Positions 1 to 7,647 of a stretch of 30,013 nucleotides of DNA are shown here, in pieces. The stretch is taken from contig JAHIOR010000032.1 of assembly GCA_018895125.1 (NCBI GenBank), forward strand, positions 1-30,013. The letters run 5' to 3'. The translations under genes and the position numbers were made by a program. Below the pieces are notes generated by a model. That model had not been told where the DNA came from. It saw only the letters and a list, made by a program, of their open reading frames with translations, and ran no database searches. The DNA comes from Patescibacteria group bacterium (lineage in GTDB: Bacteria > Patescibacteriota > Minisyncoccia > Minisyncoccales > GWA2-46-15). Each line of letters begins with the position of its first letter. Position 1 is the first letter of the stretch.

Positions 1-45
1 AGTGTCATCGCAAGCTTAAAAGCCAATTCAGCGGATAAGTTATAG
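1..45 (+). CDS. Possible 3' end of an upstream gene (SVIASLKANSADKL*), truncated by the window edge
   Basis: Frame 1 is open from base 1 to TAG at 43-45 and is followed directly by a terminator-like hairpin. Too short to identify. Confidence 0.35.
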   Translation, partial: SVIASLKANSADKL

Positions 46-52
46 GCGGCAA

Positions 53-89
53 AAAGAGATAACGGGCATTTTAAGCCCGTTTTCTCTTT
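53..89. terminator. Intrinsic terminator-like hairpin, possibly bidirectional
   Basis: AAAGAGATAACGGGC-attttaa-GCCCGTTTTCTCTTT: 15-bp arms with one T-T mismatch, A-rich left flank and T-rich right flank. Confidence 0.75.
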
Positions 90-149
90 GACCATTGACT
101 CTACACCTCTTTTGTTTTAGCATAACTTAAGTTTTCGATTAACTAGATA

Positions 150-177
150 TTGACACCTCCTCGTTTGAGGGTAGAAT
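150..177 (+). promoter_or_regulatory. Sigma70-type promoter for greA-HD (possibly extending to polX)
   Basis: TTGACA (150-155), 16-bp spacer, TAGAAT (172-177), 18 nt upstream of the ATG at 196. The spacer contains CCTC-gttt-GAGG. Confidence 0.7.
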
Positions 178-195
178 ACTATTGTTAATATAACC

Positions 196-663
196 ATGAC
201 TGGCTCTAAAAAGTTTTTCTTGACAAAAAGCGGGCTTTCCAGGGTAGAGAGAGAATATCAGGAACTTCTAAAGCTCAAGGCTTTTAAAACAACAGGTGAA
301 TCACCTCGGATTTTCCATTCGGAAGAGATTGATCCTGAGTTTCTTGCCTTTCAGGAAGATTTAGAATTATTAGAAACCAGAATTATAGAATTAGAAGACG
401 TTTTAAAGAATTCACAAGTGATTTCATCGCCTCCGAAAGAAAGAAGAAATGTTGTTGCCCTTGGAGCAACCGTGACCATTGAAGTTGATGGCGAAAAAGA
501 CGAGTTTGAAATTGTCGGCACCTTAGAGGCCGATCCGAGACTGGGTAGAATCTCCGATGAATCTATGGTTGGTAGGGCATTGATTGGTCTTCGGGTTGGA
601 GAGGAAGTAACGGTCCAGTCTCCGGTAAAAACAACCTATAAAATTAAAGCTATAAGATACTGA
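196..663 (+). CDS. greA: GreA/GreB-family transcription factor with divergent coiled-coil tip
   Basis: LTKSGL N-terminus, coiled coil, C-terminal VALGATVTI...FEIVGTLEADPRLGRISDESMVGRALIG...GEEVTV matches the Gre C-domain. The tip reads HSEEIDPEF rather than HGDLSENAEY. Confidence 0.8.
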   Translation: MTGSKKFFLTKSGLSRVEREYQELLKLKAFKTTGESPRIFHSEEIDPEFLAFQEDLELLETRIIELEDVLKNSQVISSPPKERRNVVALGATVTIEVDGEKDEFEIVGTLEADPRLGRISDESMVGRALIGLRVGEEVTVQSPVKTTYKIKAIRY

Positions 664-1280
664 TGATGAAAGAGATCGTCAATTTTCTTTCTGAAGTCGG
701 CAAACTTAAAGACATAAAAAGGAGGGGCTGGATTTTGAGGAATGTCAAAAATCCGGAGACAATCGCTGACCACACTTTCCGCTTAGCTATTATGGCCTGG
801 ATTCTGGGGGAGAAAAAAGGCCTTGATATTAAAAAGACGATGAAAATCGCTCTTGCCCATGATCTGTGCGAAGTTTATGCTGGAGATGTCACCCCTTATG
901 AAAAGTTCATAGGCGGAGACAAGGCCGAGCTTGCGCGAGCATTAAAAAAATGGCCCAGATTCTCAAAGAAAGAAAAGATAGATACCGCCAGAAAAAAGCA
1001 CAAAAAAGAACTGGCTTCTCTGAAAAAACTGACTGCTAAATTGCCGGAAAAAATCAAAAGGGAGATTATTAGACTTTGGTTTGAATACGAAAACGGTTCC
1101 AGCGCCGAAGCCCGCTTTATCAGGCAAATTGATAAACTAGAAAATCTTTTACAGGCGTTTGAGTACAATAAGAGAGACAAGAAATTCCCCATTGATGCCT
1201 GGTACGTTGAAATCAGGGAAAAAATTGATGATCCGCTTCTCATCGAATTCATAAAGCTTTTAGGAAAAAAGAAAAAATAG
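663..1280 (+). CDS. HD-domain phosphohydrolase (YfbR/HDDC2-like 5'-deoxynucleotidase family)
   Basis: LKDIKRRGW, ETIADHTFR, ALAHDLCE and IDKLE motifs are typical of the HD_3/HDDC2 family. Confidence 0.85.
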   Translation: MMKEIVNFLSEVGKLKDIKRRGWILRNVKNPETIADHTFRLAIMAWILGEKKGLDIKKTMKIALAHDLCEVYAGDVTPYEKFIGGDKAELARALKKWPRFSKKEKIDTARKKHKKELASLKKLTAKLPEKIKREIIRLWFEYENGSSAEARFIRQIDKLENLLQAFEYNKRDKKFPIDAWYVEIREKIDDPLLIEFIKLLGKKKK

Positions 1281-1353
1281 AGAATAGATTCTTTGAGGAA
1301 AACTTTCGCTTCCAAGAGCGGATTTTCTTTTTTTAGGCTACAATGAAGCTAAG

Positions 1354-3084
1354 ATGGTTAATCGAGAGCTTGCCAAAATCTTTTCAGAAATGGCGATCTT
1401 CCTCAGAATGAAGGAAGTTCCCTTTAAACCTCAGGCTTATGAAAGGGCAGTTTTGGGATTAGAAACTCTTAATAAAGAAGCCAGCGAAATTTACCAACAG
1501 AAGGGGATTGAGGGGCTCAAGGAAATCCCCGGGATTGGGGAAAATCTGGCAGATAAGATCAAAGAATACTTAGAAACAGGCAAGATCAGGTCCTATCAGA
1601 AGCTGAAGCAAGAAATGCCAATTAATCTTGAAGAACTGACAGCGGTTGAGGGCATTGGTCCAAAAGCTATAAAATTGCTTTGGTCGAAACTGAAGATAAA
1701 AAACCTAAAAGATTTAGAAAAGGCGGCTCGGGCCAAAAAACTCAGATTATTGCCTGGTTTTGGCGAAAAGTCAGAAAAGAACATCTTAACAGGGATCGGG
1801 TTTTTAAAGAAAAGTCAGGGGAGGTTCCTTCTGAGCGAAATACTGCCGGAAACCCAGAAAATTGTTTCAAATCTTGAAAAACTTAAAGAGGTAGAAGAAA
1901 TAAGCTTGGCCGGGTCTTTGCGTCGAGGCAAAGATACCATTGGCGACGCTGATATTTTAGTTATTAGCCAGGATCCTGGTAAAGTTATTAAAAGCTTTAT
2001 TTCTTCCCCTGGCATTCTCAAGGTTTGGGGGCAGGGGTTAAAAAAGGCTTCGATCAGGACCAAGCAGGGATTTGATATTGATCTGAGAATCGTGCCAAGA
2101 AAAAGCTATGGTTCGGCTTTACAATATTTTACCGGCTCAAAAGAGCATAATATCTTTCTTCGAAAAATGGCAATGGGAAAGGGATTGAAACTTAATGAAT
2201 ACGGGGTTTTCCATGGCAAAAAAATGATTGCCGGGACAACTGAATCAGGCATTTATCAGGCCATTAATTTGCCTTTTATTGAGCCGGAATTAAGAGAAAA
2301 TCGAGGTGAGATTGAAGCAGCCAGGGCAAAAAGATTGCCAAGGCTAATTACCCTCAAAAACATTTTCGGGGATCTGCATTGCCACTCTTCCTGGAATGGC
2401 GGCCAAAATACGATTTCAGAAATGGCCCAGACTGCCCGAGCCAGGGGTTATCGTTATCTAGGGATTGCCGATCATACCAAGTTTTTAAGAATCGAAAACG
2501 GCTTGGATGAAAAACAGCTTTTAAATCAGCGTCGGGAAATCGATAAATTAAATGAGAAATTTATTAAACAGGGCATTGATCTCAAAATTTTGCAAGGCTG
2601 TGAAGCTAATATTTTAGAAAACGGCTCGATCGACATCAATAACCAGGCATTGGAAGGCCTTGATTTTGTCATTGCCGGGATCCATTCCCAAATGAAGATG
2701 ACTAAAGCTAAAATGACAGCTAGAATAATTCGCGCCATGGAAAATCCTAATGTTGATATCATTTCCCATCCGACCGGAAGAATACTGAAGAAAAGAGATG
2801 AGTTTCAGATTGATTTCGAAAGAGTTTTAAAGGTTGCCAAGGAGACAGGTACAATTCTGGAAATAAGCTCGTCGCCATCCAGACTAGACCTGAAAGATCT
2901 TAACATCAAGCTTGCCAAGGAGGCAGGAGTTAAGATGGTTATTAACACAGACTCTCACTCCGCTAGCCAATTGGAGCTTATGGATTACGGCGTTATTCAG
3001 GCCAGGAGAGGCTGGGCTGAAAAAAAAGACATTATTAACTGTTGGTCCTTAGAAAAACTGCTGACTTTTTTAAAAACTAATTAA
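1354..3084 (+). CDS. polX: DNA polymerase X with C-terminal PHP (3'-5' exonuclease) domain
   Basis: HhH motifs (IPGIG, VEGIGPK, LPGFGEK), AGSLRR..TIGDADIL, IDLR, YFTGSKEHN; PHP motifs DLHCHS, ADH, E, HS and NTDSH. Confidence 0.95.
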   Translation: MVNRELAKIFSEMAIFLRMKEVPFKPQAYERAVLGLETLNKEASEIYQQKGIEGLKEIPGIGENLADKIKEYLETGKIRSYQKLKQEMPINLEELTAVEGIGPKAIKLLWSKLKIKNLKDLEKAARAKKLRLLPGFGEKSEKNILTGIGFLKKSQGRFLLSEILPETQKIVSNLEKLKEVEEISLAGSLRRGKDTIGDADILVISQDPGKVIKSFISSPGILKVWGQGLKKASIRTKQGFDIDLRIVPRKSYGSALQYFTGSKEHNIFLRKMAMGKGLKLNEYGVFHGKKMIAGTTESGIYQAINLPFIEPELRENRGEIEAARAKRLPRLITLKNIFGDLHCHSSWNGGQNTISEMAQTARARGYRYLGIADHTKFLRIENGLDEKQLLNQRREIDKLNEKFIKQGIDLKILQGCEANILENGSIDINNQALEGLDFVIAGIHSQMKMTKAKMTARIIRAMENPNVDIISHPTGRILKKRDEFQIDFERVLKVAKETGTILEISSSPSRLDLKDLNIKLAKEAGVKMVINTDSHSASQLELMDYGVIQARRGWAEKKDIINCWSLEKLLTFLKTN

Positions 3085-3090
3085 AACCTG

Positions 3091-3435
3091 CTATTTGCTG
3101 TTTTCTACAATTTCTTTAAAGATTTCTGGATAGTTTTCCGCCAGATCAGCTAAAACTTTTCTGTCCAGAGTAATATTTTTTTCTTTAAGATTGTGGATTA
3201 ATTGGCTATAAGAAACGCCCAATTCCTTGGCCGAGGCGCCAATCTTAATTTGCCAAAGGCCCCGAAAATCCCGTTTCTTATTGCGACGATCCCGATAAGC
3301 ATTACGACTAGCATGCAAAATAGCTTCTTTTGCCAGCTTTAATTTTGATTTTCTGCCCCAGCGATAACCTTTTGTATCTTTAAGGATATTTTTTCTTCTT
3401 TTTAATCTTGCTTTTCCAGATTTAACCCTAGCCAT
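3091..3435 (-). CDS. rplT: 50S ribosomal protein L20
   Basis: MARVKSG...KGYRWGR...AYRDRRNKKRDFRGLWQIKI...LDRKVLADLA. Confidence 0.98.
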   Translation of the reverse strand: MARVKSGKARLKRRKNILKDTKGYRWGRKSKLKLAKEAILHASRNAYRDRRNKKRDFRGLWQIKIGASAKELGVSYSQLIHNLKEKNITLDRKVLADLAENYPEIFKEIVENSK

Positions 3436-3440
3436 ATGTT

Positions 3441-3620
3441 TTAAGCGTTGATTAGCTTTTTAATCCTTTTAAATTCACCTTTAGAAAGAGGCACCATCTT
3501 TCTTTTTCTTCTTTTTGCCTGACCAGACTTTTTTGCTAGATAATGATTGATACCTGATTGTCGCCTCAAAACTTTGCCGGTCTTGGTGATCTTTAATCTC
3601 TTTTTAATTGATTTTCTCAT
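3441..3620 (-). CDS. rpmI: 50S ribosomal protein L35 (59 aa, absent from ORF track)
   Basis: Manual translation: MRKSIKKRLKITKTGKVLRRQSGINHYLAKKSGQAKRRKRKMVPLSKGEFKRIKKLINA*. KR.KITKTGK and H.LAKKS motifs; canonical infC-rpmI-rplT order. Confidence 0.95.
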   Translation of the reverse strand: MRKSIKKRLKITKTGKVLRRQSGINHYLAKKSGQAKRRKRKMVPLSKGEFKRIKKLINA

Positions 3621-3630
3621 GTTTCTAAAT

Positions 3631-4137
3631 TCATTTCTTTGAAATAATCATGGTAAATCCTCTGGGACCTCTTTTAAAATCTGTTTCAAGTTTGACCGGG
3701 ACAGTTTTTCCAAGGATTTCCAGGAACTTACTGACTTTATCTTTAGCAATATTAGCTAAAGCCTTTTCTCTGCCCCTTAAAACCATTTGAATCAAAACCT
3801 TATTATTATCATTTAAGAACTTTTCTGCCTGTTTAGCTCTTATTTCCAGATCATGGACAGAAATGCCGAAAGAAAGTCTAATGCCTTTTAACTGGCCGCC
3901 TTTTTGTTTTCTCATTTCTTTCTGTTTTTTCTCTTGCCAATAAATATGCTTGCCATAATCGCCAATTTTACAAACAGGCGGAATCAGCTTACCAGTAACC
4001 TGAATTAAATCTAAATGGCGCTCCTTAGCTAATCGGAGCGCGTCGGTTATACTGACAACCCCTAGTTGCTTTCCAGTTTCGTCAATCAGCCTGACTTCAG
4101 CTGCCCTTATTTGATTGTTTGCTGGTGATTTTAAAAT
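3631..4137 (-). CDS. infC: Translation initiation factor IF-3, full length with probable ATT start (ORF track has only the C-domain)
   Basis: The frame stays open upstream of 3915 and reads ILKSPANNQIRAAEVRLIDETGKQLGVVSITDALRLAKERHLDLIQV...PPVCKIGDYGK, the IF-3 N-domain. There is no ATG/GTG/TTG between the upstream in-frame TAA and the N-domain. ATT lies at 4137-4135. Confidence 0.93.
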   Translation of the reverse strand: MLKSPANNQIRAAEVRLIDETGKQLGVVSITDALRLAKERHLDLIQVTGKLIPPVCKIGDYGKHIYWQEKKQKEMRKQKGGQLKGIRLSFGISVHDLEIRAKQAEKFLNDNNKVLIQMVLRGREKALANIAKDKVSKFLEILGKTVPVKLETDFKRGPRGFTMIISKK

Positions 4138-4170
4138 ATTTAAAAATTATTTTGATTATTATACTAAAAG

Positions 4171-4525
4171 TGGAGGCGCCGAGAGTTGCACCCGGATCCA
4201 GGAGATTTTCTCAAAGAAGATCTACAAGCTTGTCCCAATTAAAGGTTTGAAGCAGAGGATTCTAATCGGGAGAAAATCCGGCTGCCAATGTGGTTGGTTG
4301 GCTTTCGCCAATGCCAACCCGATAAAAGAACACTTTTCTCGATAAATGACACCAACCTTAATCATCGAGAATCTTTAAGGTCGATGCTGCCTTAGGTTGT
4401 TAGACAACAGCTAGAGCAGGTTGTGAAAATGAGTTGGCACTTATGTTTCCTGAAAGTTTAACGAGATTTCAGAAGACTCGGCTTGCCTTTCTTGAGAGTA
4501 ATCGCTGTCAAAGCTTGTCACCCCC
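4171..4525 (-). ncRNA. ssrA: tmRNA, one-piece, 355 nt; predicted tag (A)ANSFSQPALAVV*
   Basis: 5' GGGGGTG pairs with 3' CGCCTCC-A including G3:U70. T-arm CCGGG-TGCAACT-CTCGG; AAGCTTGTAG near the 3' end; ATAAGT precedes resume codon GCC at 4438 with TAA at 4402-4400. Lies 44 nt downstream of smpB. Confidence 0.95.
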
Positions 4526-4569
4526 GTAACACGTAACGATATATTGGGTTATATTTTTAAAAAGCTGGC

Positions 4570-5010
4570 TTAGCTGAGAAACTCTCCCATTTCTCTTTTT
4601 GCCTCCCGTTTTTTAATCACCTGCCTTTGATCAATCTTTTTGATTAGCCGCGCCAATGCAAACTCCAGCTTTATCTTACCGCTCTTAGTATATATTTTTA
4701 AGGGTACAAATGTCAATCCTTTTTGAGAGGATTTGCCCTTAAGATAAAGAAGCTCTTTTTTAGTTAAAAGCAGTTTTTTTTCTCTTTCGGAGATATGATC
4801 AGGAGCGTTTTTGGGTTGGTAAGGGGGAACATGGCAGCCGACTAGATAAAGTTCGCTGCTACCTTTAAAAATAACATAGCTGCCGGCTAAACCAACCATA
4901 CCCATTTTTATTGATTTGACCTCCTGACCCAAAAGCACCAGGCCAGCCTGATATTTTTCCAGGATTTCATAGCTGAAATTGGCTTTTCTGTTGTCAGCGA
5001 AAATCTGCAT
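4570..5010 (-). CDS. smpB: SsrA-binding protein SmpB
   Basis: NRKANFSYEILEKYQAGLVLLGQEVKSIK...R.KKLLL.KKE...GLTFVPLKIY...KLEFALAR..KK.DQR..IKKRE. Confidence 0.97.
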   Translation of the reverse strand: MQIFADNRKANFSYEILEKYQAGLVLLGQEVKSIKMGMVGLAGSYVIFKGSSELYLVGCHVPPYQPKNAPDHISEREKKLLLTKKELLYLKGKSSQKGLTFVPLKIYTKSGKIKLEFALARLIKKIDQRQVIKKREAKREMGEFLS

Positions 5011-5014
5011 GGCT

Positions 5015-5085
5015 TTATAGCGGGCGTCCCGCCCGGTATACTTTTAATTATAGCGGTTAGTAAACCGATATATCGTACTCGCTAT
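5015..5085. repeat. Structured palindromic element: partial copy 5015-5040 plus full copy 5048-5085; second full copy at 24069-24107
   Basis: TTATAGCGG-[hairpin]-CCGATATATCGTACTCGCTAT. The 21-mer at 5065-5085 is identical to 24087-24107. Confidence 0.85.
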
Positions 5086-5121
5086 TAGATATTCTAGCAG
5101 AATTGTGTTAAATTGTAAGTG

Positions 5122-6846
5122 ATGATCGGGCAAAAAACCAAAAAAATATTCAGCGAACTATTGAAAAAGCAAGCTAAGAAAGCCTTATCTGACAAAATTG
5201 ATTTGTTAAATATTGTTGTTGAATTTCCTTTGCCTGAGTTTGGCGATTATAGCCTTAATCTTGCCCTTAAGTTTTGGCAGGATTTCGGCTTCAAAAACCC
5301 TCATGAATTTGCAGTTAAAATTAAAGAGGACTTAGATCAAAACAAGCAGTTGATGAAGGTAATTTCTAAAATCCAGGTTGAAGAACCGGGATTTATCAAT
5401 TTTTGGCTTAAACCAGAGTATCTTTTAGACGTAGTCAAGGAAATAAACAAGGCTGGATCTAGGTTTGGCAGGACCAGAGAAATGAGCCAAAAGATTATGG
5501 TTGAATATGCTCATCCCAATACCCACAAAGAAATGCACATCGGCCACATGAGAACCCTAATTACCGGTGAGGCTTTGTCTAGGATTTTTGAAACAGCCGG
5601 TGCCAAGGTTTTCAGGGCAAATTACCAGGGAGATATTGGCCCTCATGTTGCTAAATCAATTTGGGGCACAATCCAGCTTTTAAAAGAGAGAAGCCAGACT
5701 TGGGAGCAATGGGAAGCAGAATCGTCATTTAAAAAGGCTCATTTGTTAGGAGAAGGATATGTCAGGGGCAACCAGGATTACGAGAGCCATAAAGAAGAGA
5801 TTGATGATTTAAATGCTGATCTTTATCAGAACAACCCCAAGGTGATGCCAATATATTTCCGAACAAGAAAATGGTGTTTAGATTATTATGATAATTTTTA
5901 CAAGAGATTTGGAACTCATTTTGACCGGCTTTTTTTCGAAAGCGAAGTGGCCGAGGAGGGCAAAAAACTGGTTTTGGCAAATCTTGGCAAAATTTTTGAA
6001 AAGAGTGACGGAGCAATTATCTTTGACGGGACAAAATATGGCTTGCACAAAAGAGTTTTTGTCACTGCCGAAGGCTATCCGACTTATGAGGGCAAGGAAA
6101 TGTATTTGGCTCAGAAGCAGCGGCAAACTTTTAAGTTTGACAAGAACGTGCACGTGGTTGCCAATGAGCAAGCGGAATATTTCAAGGTTGTTTTCAAAGC
6201 CATTGAATTGCTTGATCCTTGGTTTAAAAATAGGGAGCGTCATTTATCAATGGGCATGGTTAATTTGGTTAACCAAAAAATATCTTCAAGGCGCGGCATT
6301 GTTATTACTGTTGACGGTTTATTAGATGAAGTTAAGACCATGGCCAGGCAGTTAACAAGTTCAAGTAAAGAACTTGGTTCAGAGACAGAGGATATTATTG
6401 AAAAAATAACCTTGGCCGCAGTTAAATACTCGGTTTTAAAAGCCCATCCTACTTTAAATGTAGAATTTGATTTAAAGCGATCAGTAGACATGGATGGCAG
6501 TTCCGGACCCTATATTCAATACGTATTTGCCAGGTGCAAGAGCGTACTTGAGAAGGCGAAAGGTTCTGCTATGGTGGGTCGGGTTTTGAGCGATGAAGAA
6601 CTGGTTGTTGCCAGGTGGCTGACAAAGTTCCCAGAAATAATTTTAAGGTCAGCCGAACAAATGGCGCCAAATTTAATTTGCAGCTATCTTTTTGAGCTGT
6701 GTCAAAAGTTTAATAATTTTTATCAGAAAAATCGCATTATTGGTTCCAAAGAGGAGAGTTCCAGATTGGCATTGACCAAGGCTGTGGCTCAAGTGATTGA
6801 AAATGGGCTTTGGCTTCTTGGCATTGAGGCGCCCTCGAGAATGTAG
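5122..6846 (+). CDS. argS: Arginyl-tRNA synthetase
   Basis: FGDYS N-domain, VEYAHPNTHKEMHIGH (HIGH motif), KISSRRG, GSSGPYIQYVFARCKS, and C-terminal APSRM. ATG at 5122 is preferred over GTG at 5119. Confidence 0.97.
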   Translation: MIGQKTKKIFSELLKKQAKKALSDKIDLLNIVVEFPLPEFGDYSLNLALKFWQDFGFKNPHEFAVKIKEDLDQNKQLMKVISKIQVEEPGFINFWLKPEYLLDVVKEINKAGSRFGRTREMSQKIMVEYAHPNTHKEMHIGHMRTLITGEALSRIFETAGAKVFRANYQGDIGPHVAKSIWGTIQLLKERSQTWEQWEAESSFKKAHLLGEGYVRGNQDYESHKEEIDDLNADLYQNNPKVMPIYFRTRKWCLDYYDNFYKRFGTHFDRLFFESEVAEEGKKLVLANLGKIFEKSDGAIIFDGTKYGLHKRVFVTAEGYPTYEGKEMYLAQKQRQTFKFDKNVHVVANEQAEYFKVVFKAIELLDPWFKNRERHLSMGMVNLVNQKISSRRGIVITVDGLLDEVKTMARQLTSSSKELGSETEDIIEKITLAAVKYSVLKAHPTLNVEFDLKRSVDMDGSSGPYIQYVFARCKSVLEKAKGSAMVGRVLSDEELVVARWLTKFPEIILRSAEQMAPNLICSYLFELCQKFNNFYQKNRIIGSKEESSRLALTKAVAQVIENGLWLLGIEAPSRM

Positions 6847-6921
6847 TACGTGGCTATGAGATATAGTAGAGTAATACGGAATAATTATAGTAGTCACGAA
6901 GTAATACAGTATAATATCGCA

Positions 6922-6956
6922 TCCTCGTTAATTATTCATATGCAATATTAGCGAGG
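6922..6956. repeat. 35-bp palindromic direct repeat, left copy flanking the PaaX/Cas2-like gene
   Basis: TCCTCGTTAATTATTCATATGCAATATTAGCGAGG; 28/35 identical to 7598-7632. Confidence 0.85.
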
Positions 6957-6982
6957 ACGAGTAAGGACGAGTAAACGAGTAA
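6955..6982 (+). repeat. Short tandem repeat GGACGAGTAA x2 + ACGAGTAA
   Basis: Read directly at 6955-6964, 6965-6974 and 6975-6982. Confidence 0.85.
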
Positions 6983-7003
6983 AAGCGATATAATAGATGC
7001 AAG

Positions 7004-7588
7004 GTGAGCCAATACAAATATTATTTTAGAAAACCAAGGCTGGAGATAATCAAAGATATTTTAACGGTTTTAATGCTGACCGGGGCAGTTTGTATCGCCG
7101 CTACTTCACCTTATTTCGGCGTTAATTTAATGCGCTATTTCAAACGCGCAAGAAAGTATAAAAAAAGTGAAAGGAAAAATATTTATAATGCTTTTTATCG
7201 TCTTCGAAAAAATGGTTGCCTGGAACTTAATTTAAAAAATCATCAACTTTATATTTCTTTAACTGAAAAAGGGAAAAAGATGGCTGGCAGATTCCAGATA
7301 AACTTTTTAAAAATCAAAAAACCGTTGAAATGGGATGCAAAATGGCGCCTGGTGATTTTTGATATTCCTAATTTTCATGGAATTAAAAGATCTGTTTTTC
7401 GGGGAAAGCTTAAAGAACTAGGATTTTATCAGTTGCAAAAGAGTGTTTGGGTCCATCCTTATAACTGTCGCGATGAAATTAATTTGTTAAGAGAATTCTT
7501 TGGTTTAAGCAGGAAAGAAATCCGTTTGATTATCGCAAACGATATTGAGGATAGCGCCTCTATCAAAAAAGCGTTTCAGTTAAAGTAA
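7004..7588 (+). CDS. PaaX-like protein: N-terminal helix, winged HTH, and Cas2/VapD-like ferredoxin-fold domain
   Basis: AFYRLRKNGCL...LYISLTEKG (wHTH) followed by WDAKWRLVIFDIP...RSVFRGKLKELGFYQLQKSVWVHPY, the PaaX central/Cas2-like signature. GTG start. No paa or cas genes nearby. Confidence 0.8.
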   Translation: MSQYKYYFRKPRLEIIKDILTVLMLTGAVCIAATSPYFGVNLMRYFKRARKYKKSERKNIYNAFYRLRKNGCLELNLKNHQLYISLTEKGKKMAGRFQINFLKIKKPLKWDAKWRLVIFDIPNFHGIKRSVFRGKLKELGFYQLQKSVWVHPYNCRDEINLLREFFGLSRKEIRLIIANDIEDSASIKKAFQLK

Positions 7589-7597
7589 TTTTCATTG

Positions 7598-7632
7598 TCC
7601 TTGTTAACTATCTGTATGCAATGTTAACGAGG
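7598..7632. repeat. 35-bp palindromic direct repeat, right copy
   Basis: TCCTTGTTAACTATCTGTATGCAATGTTAACGAGG, starting 9 nt after the stop codon of the PaaX-like gene. Confidence 0.85.
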
Positions 7633-7647
7633 GGGTATATTTTATCG

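Noticed and set aside
4115-4345. 76-aa plus-strand ORF in the track
   Set aside because: It is antisense to the tmRNA and the infC start, with no protein features.
5011-5121. T-box riboswitch upstream of argS
   Set aside because: The region is too short, with no T-box antiterminator sequence or terminator. argS looks leaderless.
6922-7632. CRISPR array next to a cas2-like gene
   Set aside because: Only two repeats, separated by 641 nt containing a gene. There are no 30-40-nt spacers and no cas1 or effector gene.
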